From NCBI GenBank assembly GCA_964187785.1, contig OZ076409.1, positions 74,588,001 to 74,652,000 of the forward strand: a stretch of DNA of 64,000 bases, read 5' to 3'. The notes under the pieces are model-generated. The model saw only the letters and a list, made by a program, of their open reading frames with translations, was not told the origin of the DNA and made no database searches. Below, in pieces: positions 40,301-50,156 of this stretch; position 1 is the stretch's first letter; the number at the start of each line of letters is the position of its first letter. Origin of the DNA: Amphiscolops sp. MND2022. Taxonomy: Eukaryota. The translations under genes and the position numbers were made by a program.

Positions 40301-41479
40301 TCATAGAGTTAAATCTTGGTAATCTGTCTGGATATGCAGAAAAATCAGCACGTGCCTTTCAATACCAAGTTGCTTACAACGACAATTATTTTATATCAAC
40401 GCCCCCATATTTATCAACGCCCCCCGTCTGTGGGCATGCCGAGGCATGCCCTTCGACGACGTATACCAAGATATACATAAGCGCGGTAGCCGCTAGGTGC
40501 CGGGATTTCTATTCGTTCAAGTAAGTTGCGCGTGTGGGTAGGGCCCCTGGCGCGCTCTTGTGTTTCGGGTTCTCCTACTCCTAATTCACACCCCAGATTT
40601 CTCGGATCTCGTAAACTATCCATACGATTTGGCTAAAATTTGGCACACAGCTCCGTTGGAACATTGTAAGAACAAATCCCTACTGACGTTTTGCCCGCTA
40701 AACATTTTTTGTTGGTCAAAAATGCGATTTTCCGACAAAATTTTCGACTTTTTTTTCTTTTTCAACTCATATCTCGCCACCGGGTCACGCTAGCGCTTCG
40801 CGACCTATGATCCTTTTTTGTAGGGCGTTGTCTGTAGAACACGTATGCCAAATTTGGTGGCAATCGGACTTAAACTCAGCGAGTTAGAGCGATTTTTTAG
40901 GTGCATTTTTTGACAATTTTTGCATTTACCGATTTATCTCTGCCGTTTTTTGCCCAGATTTTTTTCTAGACACTCTCCTAAAGGCCTCCCCTGGCCGGTT
41001 TACATCCCAGAAAAACCATTTGGCCCTAAATACGAAGTTTCAGCGTTCTAGCATTCCCGGGCGAAAAGTTGTGGGACTTAGAATAAGTTTTTGGAAACGC
41101 AAAATGTGTAAAGTCAACTTCAGGCCTCTCAAAGTCAAGGAACTTCCACACAACTAGGATTGCAAGTGGATGCATGTGGAAAGTACTGGGATAGACGAGA
41201 AAAATGAGCTATAGAACAACTCTGTAGCTTAACTTGACGTTGACTTATGATGTTTTGAATGTGTGCTTGCTAAGGGGTCCGAAAGTCAAAAAATGAAAAT
41301 TGAGTTATTGCAAAGCAAAAACTCCTTTAAATAGGCTAATTAGTTATCAGTAACGTGAAACACGGTTGTACGGAGCAATTATTATTATAGGCGATACGGT
41401 TCGTTCAAAAAAGATTCCTAAAGTTCTGTTTTTTTTTCGTAGGTTTTTTTGTCTAGGATTTTTTTCTTTGGTTTGTTCC

Positions 41480-41520
41480 TTAGGTTATAGGTGTAGGTTA
41501 TAGGTTAGGCTTTTTTTAGG
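41480..41520 (+). repeat. Degenerate TAGG(TT) microsatellite in the 5' non-coding region of the large element
   Basis: TTAGGTTATAGGTGTAGGTTATAGGTTAGGC...TTAGG. Confidence 0.55.
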
Positions 41521-43046
41521 TCCTTTTTTGCTTTCCTTGTTCACAGCATAGTTTGTTTTTAGTGGCAGAAGAAGACGACGACGACCAAGCATACGACTTT
41601 TTCTTTTATTTTTTGGTTTTCCTTGGGGTTAATGGCTATCCCGAAACCAGTGGCTCCTGCTCGAGGGCTTCTCGGGTGCTGGTTTCGTGTATGGGGCTTT
41701 CCCCCCCAGTAGGTAACCTCTGCCCAAATTTTCAAACGTCCCTCGTAATTCGCATTTTGCCGGTTTTTTTTTTACGGGCGTTTCGTCGAAAAAGATAGAA
41801 TTTTTCTCGGAACCGGCAAAATCGGAAAATCAATCACCAAAAATAAAAGACGTCGAGAAATCAATCAGAGTTATCGGGCGTCCAGTTGCTCCAAAGAAGA
41901 ACTACAGATTAACCTTTCTTCAGTTTCAGGTGCCAGTCAATCAAGCTCAAGATGTCTTTTTTTGTAACTTATTAAATAGTCCATAAAATTATTGAAAATA
42001 GGAAAATTTGTAAAGGTTAGTTTTTTTATTGTTGAATCTAAACTTTAACTTTTGAACATATATGCCAGTGCTTTTATATGCATTAGGCTAAATAAATATA
42101 AAGTAAACCAAAATACAGTTTAACTGTTTTAATTGCCTTCAGTTTTAGTTTACAGATGAAGATACGCTGTAGCGCTCCGTGACGTTGTTTTCTGAATTGA
42201 ATTCGCGGAAACTATTTTATTTGCGCATCGTTCGTACGGCCGTTATTGAGCATAAAATACGCTCATTGAAAAAAATATGTGATCGTCGTCGTTTAATTTT
42301 TAGCAGTAATTGTCATATGTTCCCCCTTATGAAGTCTTAAATTTTATAAATTCTCTGCGGGATCTCTCTTTATATCACCTTAAATCGATCGAAAAAATTT
42401 TTGACAATCGTTTTTTCCCATGAAGCTTTTTGACTATGAAGATGTTCGATGAACCCGTTTTGTTTCTGAGCAAAGTGTTACGTCTTCGTCATCTTCTTCA
42501 AATTTGAGACCTGGTTTCTTCTTCAATTTAGACTAACAATATACTTTTTGGTTGATTTTTTGATCCCGCAGAGAAATCAGTTCCAATGTAAAGGCTATGT
42601 ATATGAATCACTTTGTACCTGATGCACTTGAGAATGAATTCCACGAATAAAAGACTTGAAACCTCTTGTACTGTATGTTTGAAGTATGTTTATTTTATAC
42701 TGAGAGTCAAGTAGAACATTACGTCTCCCGATCAAGTCATAGATTTTCTTCGCTCATTTTGTTCGTTAATTGCAATTTTCCGACTGTAACCACTTCACAC
42801 ATTTGATTTTGCAAAGAAGCATTGAACAACGCTGTTGTTTTAGAAAATGTTGATTCAAAACTGATTTTTTCACGTTTGAAAAATTATACGCTTTGCAAGT
42901 TCTCTGATTTCACCCATCGTCTAAAACTTGATTGATTCGAAATTGGTAATTGTTCCAGTAGCTTTTCAACTATTTATTCGATCTCATTAGCCAATTCGGT
43001 TGTTCCGTATCGAATCCTAGCCCCAATGAGTTTCTGAAATGTCCAA

Positions 43047-43066
43047 TTTTGTTTTATTTTTTTCAG
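43047..43066 (+). promoter_or_regulatory. Splice acceptor (cis- or trans-splice) immediately upstream of the RepHel ATG
   Basis: TTTTGTTTTATTTTTTTCAG followed by GGAT ATG. Confidence 0.6.
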
Positions 43067-43070
43067 GGAT

Positions 43071-43433
43071 ATGCCTCCAAGAAGAAATCGACGTGTTCGC
43101 AACACTTGCACCCGATGCCGCGTGTTTATCCCTCAATCTTCGATTTTGTGTTCCAGTTGTGCAGCTCCCTCCGTCGAAGTAACTCATCAAAACGAAAACA
43201 GCAGTGTTTCTCTTCCTAATGAAGAAACCCCCCGAAACACAGTTCACTCTCCTCCTTGTACCATATGTGGTTTACACGAACAGTCACAAGGTCTACTTTG
43301 TTGTTTCTGCTGTCCTCTTACTTTACCCGCTTGTACAGATGAAGAATGTCAGAAATGCAGAAGAATTACCTCCTACTCTTTGAATTCCATTTCCATGGCA
43401 GAAGTAAAGCAGACCGCATTTGGTTGCCGATGA
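43071..43433 (+). CDS. N-terminal Cys-rich (CxxC, zinc-finger-like) segment of RepHel, ended by a premature TGA
   Basis: CTRC, CSSC, CTIC, CCFC, CQKC motifs. ATG lies 5 nt after a strong splice acceptor (TTTTTTTCAG, AG at 43065-43066). Same frame as the downstream long ORF. Confidence 0.7.
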   Translation: MPPRRNRRVRNTCTRCRVFIPQSSILCSSCAAPSVEVTHQNENSSVSLPNEETPRNTVHSPPCTICGLHEQSQGLLCCFCCPLTLPACTDEECQKCRRITSYSLNSISMAEVKQTAFGCR

Positions 43434-43592
43434 CCGGGAGAAACATCTGATTTTGCAAGACTGTGCAACGAGTGTACTCATTACGCAACACATGGCTATC
43501 AATCCCCATGGCGAATAGTTTGGCCTTGTGTCGTATTAGATTTCCTCCGTGGTAAATATAATGGAGTTGCGGATGGAAAACCATTCCATAAA

Positions 43593-46500
43593 GTGTTGCC
43601 TACTTCTATATTGAAACAATATCAACATCTGTTGCAGTTTACCACCGATGACAAAACTACAGTTTTTGCGGACCTGACACACAAACTCGAGGAATTCAGA
43701 AATTTAAAAGAAGAACTCGAAATTGAAGGACTGCAGAAAGCTCATAACAAGTACTGTTTTCCAGAAGTTCGCTGTCCTTTTGGATGTACTGAATTTGTTG
43801 GGGACACCGGATTAATACCATTGCAGTTCTTTCTTCATATGTTAGACCAAAGCTTTGCATTTAACAAAACAAATTGGAAAAGGCGATTACATTGTGTTCG
43901 ACCTGATTGGTTGTCCCCATACAATCACAATGATGTCTTCAAAGTAAGACCACACATTGTTATCGACGAGAAACAAGGAATTTGTCTTGCCACCTGTAAA
44001 TTTCACAACGGGGGATCGCACCAGTTTTTCGTCCATCCTCCTACAAATCCCTCCGGCAGATTACCCTCGAAAAATGCTGATCGTCTCGGGCCAGCTACAG
44101 TTAGTTACAACTGTTACAAACCAAGCAAGCCGAATTTTTCCACTCACACGTTTTCAATGGGTGTGGCCAAGGGTAGTTTCTCCGGAATTAGTTCGACTAC
44201 AATTGCCTGTAAACGAAGGTGGGATATAGCATTTGGAGAAGACGATGTAGTAAGAGAGTCTCTTTGCTCAAACAAACGACAGGATATAAAACCGCTGTTA
44301 CAAAAACTTGTGCACAAAGGAGAGTTATCACAGAATCTCTTTGATAGCATTACATCAATTGAAGGTTTGCCTGACGATCAAACAATTCTGGAATGTTTGA
44401 AGACTGCTACATCCGTCCCTTTGGAGTTAGCTCTTGCATTAAAGAAAATTCAAGAAGAAGGATTAAATGTAAACTATTTTCCAGTTTTCTCCCATCCTTT
44501 TACAAATTACGGATGTGATCCTCCTGACACAGTTATAAACAAGTCAATGCCGAAACACTTATGGCTTTATACTGTAATGTTTGCTGTGAGTTGCAATTTC
44601 CATTTGTCTCTTTTGAAGTTCATTCCAACAGATACTTCCTTGAAAGATGTTTTCCCTCTAATGCTGATTAATGATGCTAGGCTTGTTGAAAAGAAGAAAC
44701 GAGAACTTGCAGAGTTTCTACAAAGTCGTTCGCAAGATCCCAATTATGACATGGTTGATAGTTTGGAACAATTGTTATCAACTATATCTTTCGTCAAACA
44801 CTTCACTGTAACTGACAGAGAAAGTGTTGAATCAAATTTGAAATCCCTGACCGACGAAAAAATTGTAACATTCATTACCAATGCAAGGAGAAGTGATGAT
44901 GGGTACTTGCCGGATAGAGTGGTAACTACGAATAGCTCAACAACATACCAGCTACGATCAATTGCTGTCACTGAGGGCGGTAACGTGAAAACCATCGTTA
45001 GACATGGAAATGAATACAATTGTTGGTGGATTTACTCTACAGCTCATGAGACTCCAACAAAAATGAAACTTGAAGATCTTGTGGAGATGAATAAATTTCA
45101 TTCAAACTGGTTGTCGTGCCATTACGAAGTCATCGGTTCAGTTGACATGCAGAGAGAAAAATACCAGTACTTGGAATATTTGGGAGGCCAGGGACGATTC
45201 ATTTGTGACGATCATCATGTCCCGCTTACTGTAGCTAGAAAAAACACCCCGACTCTTTGTTCATTTAGTCCCAGCTGTCAGCGAAAACCCGCTTGGAATT
45301 GCCCCTCGGAAAACTGCTTGTCGTCAGTCTGCCGCACGCATTTCAGACAATACCAACTTAGCGACGAACTGTTGTTTGTCAAATGCCCCACTTCAAATTA
45401 TGACGTTGTTCCTTCACAACCTGCTGAATCCTGTGATGATGATGATGTAGTTGTTTCTGATCCCGAATCAGATTACGATGAATTTTGTTTTACAAATTTC
45501 ACAACTGACACTGGTCATGTTGAAAATTTGACAAATTGTTTGGCTACTGATTCTGGTGACATGCCGTCAGTCGTTGACAGTATTGACACATCAATTCCTG
45601 CCCATATTCTGCTAAACACAGATTGTCATGTACTACAAAGGAAGAACTACAGAATTGACTGTTCTAAAACAAGTTCACGATTTTTACAGAACATTGTCGC
45701 AAGTTCACCTGGTAATTCCATCCCTCTCATTTACCCTGATGCAGCGCTCTTCCCTACTCAGTATTATCATGAACAGACAGACAACACTATTACTGGCGCT
45801 GTTCCGGCTCCTCTGTTTTGTGATAAACAGAGCAAACACTTTCTCTTTGCGAGCATTGAGGATCATAAGCGATCAGCTGTTCTGAACCCAAATCTTTTGC
45901 AGTCAACCGATGTTAGAAGTATTCAGACATCCTTCGACACCGTCCTGAATAAGAGTCTCACTTTCTCCGATACACGTTTGGTTCTCAATAGAGGATTCCA
46001 AGAAGTGACTGTGAAGACTTCCAAATCAATTACACCAAGCAATCCAAAAGTTCAATTTGATCAAGCAGATTCTAGAGTACGCGTGAATGAATTGGCCGCA
46101 TTGTTATCTAAAGAACCTGCTACATTTTTTCTGACACTCACCTGCAATCAGAAAAATCACTTTGGGGTAGCACCAATTTTCGAAGCTATCGACAATCGAT
46201 TCAACAGAAATGATAAAGAAGAGTACGAGAGAGCAATTCAAGCTGAGATGGTCGTACTAACAAGAGCTTGGTATAGATCAGCTGAAGCTTTAATGGAATG
46301 GATCGAAAAATCTCCCGACCAACCACTTGGAACTGTCACCAAAATTTGGTATCGCTATGAGTTCCAGTCTACCAAAGGGAACTTACCGCACATTCATTGC
46401 GTCATATGGACAAAAGAAAGCAAAGCAGACTTACAACACAAGGTTTCATGCTCCGGATCATCAGCTTTATTCGAACTGAAAAAAATAGCAGCTGAAACAA

Positions 46501-47120
46501 ATGTTATTAATTGTGATCAAGTTTTCGATTTGTGGACTCAACTGATGACAATTCAAACACACTCCTGTGAAAAGGCAAACTATCGCTGTCACAAAATTGT
46601 CAAAGACGATGGGTCAACAATATGTAGAGTTCCCCGTTACCCGCATTCAAACCAATATTCCTGGAGAAAAATCCCATCGAGCCATTCCGAAGAAGCATTG
46701 CAAGTTCTTCATTACCTTGACTTGGCAACACCCTCGAAGTTTCAAGACGATACCTTTGATGTTTCGGATAGTCTTCAAGGAGGCAAATTCGAATACCCTG
46801 CCTCAAGTGACGAGCACCTTTCCCCTTTTAACCCACTTGTTTTCGTCATTACGATGTCTTCGCAAAACCTTCAATTGTGTGACGAGTACCTGTCTGCCAG
46901 ATATATTGCAAAATATGCAGCAGGAATTGAAGAACGAGCTGATGCACGTGTTGATCCCGTGTCCTTTAATGAAGTTAGACTTCACACTAAAGGAATCAAT
47001 AATTCAAAAATTTCCAGTTGCCGTATCAAAGAAAAAAGTACAGAGAGAAAAACAATCGTTCAGATAATTCCTCTCGTTGAAACAATTTTGGTGGTTACTA
47101 AACTTCAAATATGTTCATAG
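43593..47120 (+). CDS. Helitron-type Rep (HUH-Y2 rolling-circle endonuclease) part of RepHel, with an upstream Cys/His-rich region
   Basis: Motif 1 FFLTLTCN (46125-46148); motif 2 RYEFQSTKGNLPHIHCVIW (46353-46409, compare Helitron E.Q.RG.PH.H...W); motif 3 YIAKY (46902-46916, two catalytic Tyr). Confidence 0.9.
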   Translation: MLPTSILKQYQHLLQFTTDDKTTVFADLTHKLEEFRNLKEELEIEGLQKAHNKYCFPEVRCPFGCTEFVGDTGLIPLQFFLHMLDQSFAFNKTNWKRRLHCVRPDWLSPYNHNDVFKVRPHIVIDEKQGICLATCKFHNGGSHQFFVHPPTNPSGRLPSKNADRLGPATVSYNCYKPSKPNFSTHTFSMGVAKGSFSGISSTTIACKRRWDIAFGEDDVVRESLCSNKRQDIKPLLQKLVHKGELSQNLFDSITSIEGLPDDQTILECLKTATSVPLELALALKKIQEEGLNVNYFPVFSHPFTNYGCDPPDTVINKSMPKHLWLYTVMFAVSCNFHLSLLKFIPTDTSLKDVFPLMLINDARLVEKKKRELAEFLQSRSQDPNYDMVDSLEQLLSTISFVKHFTVTDRESVESNLKSLTDEKIVTFITNARRSDDGYLPDRVVTTNSSTTYQLRSIAVTEGGNVKTIVRHGNEYNCWWIYSTAHETPTKMKLEDLVEMNKFHSNWLSCHYEVIGSVDMQREKYQYLEYLGGQGRFICDDHHVPLTVARKNTPTLCSFSPSCQRKPAWNCPSENCLSSVCRTHFRQYQLSDELLFVKCPTSNYDVVPSQPAESCDDDDVVVSDPESDYDEFCFTNFTTDTGHVENLTNCLATDSGDMPSVVDSIDTSIPAHILLNTDCHVLQRKNYRIDCSKTSSRFLQNIVASSPGNSIPLIYPDAALFPTQYYHEQTDNTITGAVPAPLFCDKQSKHFLFASIEDHKRSAVLNPNLLQSTDVRSIQTSFDTVLNKSLTFSDTRLVLNRGFQEVTVKTSKSITPSNPKVQFDQADSRVRVNELAALLSKEPATFFLTLTCNQKNHFGVAPIFEAIDNRFNRNDKEEYERAIQAEMVVLTRAWYRSAEALMEWIEKSPDQPLGTVTKIWYRYEFQSTKGNLPHIHCVIWTKESKADLQHKVSCSGSSALFELKKIAAETNVINCDQVFDLWTQLMTIQTHSCEKANYRCHKIVKDDGSTICRVPRYPHSNQYSWRKIPSSHSEEALQVLHYLDLATPSKFQDDTFDVSDSLQGGKFEYPASSDEHLSPFNPLVFVITMSSQNLQLCDEYLSARYIAKYAAGIEERADARVDPVSFNEVRLHTKGINNSKISSCRIKEKSTERKTIVQIIPLVETILVVTKLQICS

Positions 47121-50055
47121 TTCTGTTTCGTTTCTTCATTTATCGACTCTTGAAAAGTCAGAACGACCGTCTTTCATCAAACTCAGAAAAAATACAAACC
47201 CAACCCAGCCGTTACCTTTACATGTTACAAAAAGTTTCACTTTACCACTGTCGCGTCAATTCACCCAATCACAGTTGTTGGTTTTAAAAGATTCTATGAC
47301 AAGTGAGCATTCTAACTGCAAAATGACAGTTTTTAGCGGTAGGCCACCAGCGCTTTTGTGTGTTGATAACCCTCAACTGTATTTCACTTGGTTCAACAGA
47401 GTTAATATTCGGCATCCCCAGGATACATTGAATCATGATGTTAACAATTCAAAATGGATAGACCTTTTCGGACGTGCTGTACACTTGAGACGTTGCTATC
47501 TTGATGACTTTTCCACTTATGTCAACAATCTGAGAAGAGAGGGACATATCAACTTGTACCGATTCGATGAAGATACATCGATTTTGTTTCTACAAAACGA
47601 CTGTTTGGGATTGAAAACAATAGACGATTCTCCAGTTCAAGTTGTGACATCAAACATTGTGCCAAATAATCGTCGAAAATTTTTGGTGCACTTTGTTCTA
47701 TCTAACGGGAAGTTTGAGACAGAACCAGATCTATTCAATCATCCTAGCATGCTGGAGGTTTTCATCAACTGCAAGTTACTGCCATCAAAAAGTTCTTATA
47801 CACAACAAGATGCCTGTGATTTAGTAAAATTTTACGTTTTGTCGGAACTCAAATACCTTCCTGGGGCAAGCAGATCGTTCGATCGTCATTTGTTATGTTG
47901 TTACGACTTGATGACCAATCTTGTTCTTTATAACCAGATTCATTCCGAAGCTTTGCCCTCAATTCTTCATTCAGAGATAAGCGAAAACGCTGAAATTGAT
48001 TACATTTTACACATTTACGAAAAACGCGAGCGAAGTGTTCAAGGTTGCCTCTTAAATCCAGCTTTGATGCCATTACAACCACACAAAGATTCTTTCGTCG
48101 CAGCCACCCGCAGAAACCCGTTTGTGTACAATTTTCTGTTTCCTCGAGCTCCCGGACAGTCGGACGAATCAAACACTTTTCAACAACGTGTGTTCAACGA
48201 GTGCATTCAGAAATTGACTAACTTCATTGAAACAAAAGACGGTTTCATAAAACATCAGTTGTTTTTGGGGCGTCCGGGAAGCGGGAAAACACTCATCTGC
48301 ACAATGATATATCTGGAAGCTGTAGCAAAAGGCCTCAATTGTGCAGTAACTTGTCTAAGTGGAGAGCGAGCCCAACAACTCGGTGGCGAACATGTCCACA
48401 AACTATTCAAGTTCAGAGTAAACAAAATACAGAATCCCGAAGTAATGGCTTCCCAAAGTTTGAAAAGTCTTCTCAAGGATGTCACACGGTTCACCGAGCT
48501 GGAACGCCTTGATGTACTATTCATTGATGAAGTGGGCCAGCTGAATTCTGAATTGATGATAGCTATGGAAATTGTTCTACAAACTGTGAGAGACAACAAA
48601 TTGCCAATGGGAGGGATCTTTACCATCCTCACAGGAGACCCGAAGCAGTTGCGCCCTCCACAAGGATCATTGACATGGTTGTCACCGAAAATGCTGACAA
48701 ATTTCGATTTCCATTACTTTAAACACTACGTAAGAGCAAAGCCTGGATTGTTGCGAGAGATACTGACTAAAATGGACGAACTTGAAATCAGCCCAATCGA
48801 AGCATCAAATATTGCAAAAGAAATTGTAGCCAATAGCAATATCAAATCAACTTGGGACAGTTTTGGTGACAACTTTGACATGCGTGTATTCAGCACACGA
48901 GCCGCAGAGAAACAAGCTGTTACACATCATTTTGAAACAATTCTGGCTGACCACAGTTGTGAAAAGGTCGTGTTATCCGCAATTGATGAAGAGAGTTCCA
49001 CCGGTTCGTCGATTTGGCGTCCGGCGGGTGACAGCGAACAAACATTCATCGATTCCACATCCATCACTCCTCGACAACTGCTCTTGTACAAAAAAGCGCT
49101 TCTAAGATTTACAGCTAACCTCCCCAACATTCAGGCTCGACAAGGACAGTTGTGCCTAATTTTGGAATTACCAACCGAAACAACGTCTTCCCTGGAAGTT
49201 TGGATCGCACCACCAGGTTGTCGCACCGTAACAAATTTCGATGAAAATAACCTATCTACATCAGGTTGGCGCAAAGTCTCTATTTCAAAAGTGTTTACAC
49301 CTATAATGACTAACAACAACAAATTCCTAAGGAGATACTCTTTTCCTCTGAAGAATTATGTGGCATCCACTATTCACAAATGCATTGGTGACACGTTCCC
49401 AAAGATTGTTACCAAAGTTTCACTTACGGACAAACATTACAAAATTTGGGAAAAAGAGCAACTTCTTGTGTTGTTGAGTAGAGTCAGTAAGCTCGACGAC
49501 ATAACCTTCGTAGGTGAAGAACACGAAATAGAATTAACTTTAACAGCTGCCATTCAGCAAAAGTCCTGTTGGGGAACTTTCATCAATAACCTTCTAGAAA
49601 AATTGGCCTCTACTCCCTCTGACCTGACGCCGCCAACACTCAACCTCCTTTCTTCAAATGTTGTACCTTGGAACATTGTCTTACCCGAAGACAATGTAGG
49701 CTTTGTGTATCTTCTGATAAGCACGAAGATTTGGAATGTTTATTTCATTGGAGAGGCTCTGGAAATTCGGCGAGAATTGAAACTTATCAACTCTGGAAAT
49801 GGCGCATCCGAAACACGCCCAATCGAACGAAGGCCATGGGCAATCTTAGCATTTGCAACAGGTTTCAACACCGAAGATTCTTCCAGCAACAACACGCAAA
49901 GAAAATCGCTTGTATCGAAGATGAGAACGCAATTTACTTCCCTTGGATTAAACTTCACCACCGTGGATTTGTTTGAAACGTTCAAAGAATCAACGAGAAC
50001 ATATGCTGACGAACGTGATCTAAATTTGAGAGTTATCCAGTGTGGCAGTGTTTAA
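47077..50055 (+). CDS. PIF1-like SF1B helicase part of RepHel with a C-terminal GIY-YIG-like domain
   Basis: Walker A GRPGSGKT (48268-48291), Walker B LFIDEVGQL, PMGGIFTILTGDPKQLRP (motif III), FPLKNYVASTIHKCIGDT (motif V), VLLSRV (motif VI). From ~49699, GFVYLL..YFIGE..INSG..T....RPW resembles SLX1/UPF0213-type GIY-YIG. Confidence 0.9.
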   Translation: MKQFWWLLNFKYVHSSVSFLHLSTLEKSERPSFIKLRKNTNPTQPLPLHVTKSFTLPLSRQFTQSQLLVLKDSMTSEHSNCKMTVFSGRPPALLCVDNPQLYFTWFNRVNIRHPQDTLNHDVNNSKWIDLFGRAVHLRRCYLDDFSTYVNNLRREGHINLYRFDEDTSILFLQNDCLGLKTIDDSPVQVVTSNIVPNNRRKFLVHFVLSNGKFETEPDLFNHPSMLEVFINCKLLPSKSSYTQQDACDLVKFYVLSELKYLPGASRSFDRHLLCCYDLMTNLVLYNQIHSEALPSILHSEISENAEIDYILHIYEKRERSVQGCLLNPALMPLQPHKDSFVAATRRNPFVYNFLFPRAPGQSDESNTFQQRVFNECIQKLTNFIETKDGFIKHQLFLGRPGSGKTLICTMIYLEAVAKGLNCAVTCLSGERAQQLGGEHVHKLFKFRVNKIQNPEVMASQSLKSLLKDVTRFTELERLDVLFIDEVGQLNSELMIAMEIVLQTVRDNKLPMGGIFTILTGDPKQLRPPQGSLTWLSPKMLTNFDFHYFKHYVRAKPGLLREILTKMDELEISPIEASNIAKEIVANSNIKSTWDSFGDNFDMRVFSTRAAEKQAVTHHFETILADHSCEKVVLSAIDEESSTGSSIWRPAGDSEQTFIDSTSITPRQLLLYKKALLRFTANLPNIQARQGQLCLILELPTETTSSLEVWIAPPGCRTVTNFDENNLSTSGWRKVSISKVFTPIMTNNNKFLRRYSFPLKNYVASTIHKCIGDTFPKIVTKVSLTDKHYKIWEKEQLLVLLSRVSKLDDITFVGEEHEIELTLTAAIQQKSCWGTFINNLLEKLASTPSDLTPPTLNLLSSNVVPWNIVLPEDNVGFVYLLISTKIWNVYFIGEALEIRRELKLINSGNGASETRPIERRPWAILAFATGFNTEDSSSNNTQRKSLVSKMRTQFTSLGLNFTTVDLFETFKESTRTYADERDLNLRVIQCGSV

Positions 50056-50124
50056 TTCATTTGGGTTTACAAATATTACACTGTAGAAGTCTCTGAGACT
50101 GGACGATAGATGAAGCATGTGAGG

Positions 50125-50156
50125 TTGCCCCGGCCACGCAGTGAGCCGAGGGCAAG
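50125..50156 (+). other. GC-rich stem-loop ~70 nt after the RepHel stop
   Basis: TTGCCC-CGGC-CAC-GCA-GTG-A-GCCG-A-GGGCAA in an otherwise AT-rich intergenic stretch. Confidence 0.6.

Larger units (their letters stand above)
1..40496 (+). repeat. Head-to-tail array of 31 non-autonomous Helitron-like units (units 1-31; unit 1 partial)
   Basis: Units end in CTAG and the next starts GTG. Last base of each unit: 888, 3074, 4473, 5875, 7178, 8444, 9726, 10994, 12271, 13342, 14624, 15910, 17182, 18453, 19862, 21129, 22419, 23705, 24978, 26246, 27527, 28829, 30116, 31385, 32675, 33965, 35232, 36623, 37895, 39208, 40496. Shared motif skeleton and the same termini as the Rep-helicase-encoding unit; no long ORFs. 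Confidence 0.9.
43071..50055 (+). pseudogene. Reconstructed Rep-helicase (RepHel) transposase gene, ~2330 codons, with an in-frame TGA (43431-43433) and a +1 frameshift (T run 47086-47089)
   Basis: ORF 43071-43433 is in frame with ORF 43593-47120, and the 53 codons between them are open (PGETSDFARLCNEC...WPCVV...FHK). Removing one T at 47086-47089 joins ...PLVETI to WWLLNFKYVH of ORF 47077-50055. Confidence 0.8.

Noticed and set aside
805..40496. CRISPR-like reading of the invariant ~50-nt palindromic block
   Set aside because: Intervals are ~1.3 kb of mutually homologous sequence, there are no cas genes, and the context is eukaryotic (spliceosomal intron signals).
57..40793. Many recurring 60-190 aa ORFs in the repeat units (e.g. 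MPFFRKCTRLKASPGR..., MPFDDVCQ...)
   Set aside because: They recur only because the DNA repeats. They mostly use non-ATG starts, overlap on both strands, cross unit junctions and are broken by homopolymer indels between copies.
41553..41798. 81-aa ORF in the element leader
   Set aside because: TTG start, low-complexity T-rich sequence, no motif.
43431..43433. TGA as selenocysteine, with the 50125-50156 hairpin as SECIS
   Set aside because: The hairpin lacks the AUGA/GA quartet and apical AA arrangement, and the TGA is not in a redox motif; a nonsense mutation is simpler.
43957..49985. Alternative-frame and antisense ORFs inside RepHel (e.g. 46567-47067, 48255-48632)
   Set aside because: Shadow ORFs of a long coding region with no recognisable motifs.
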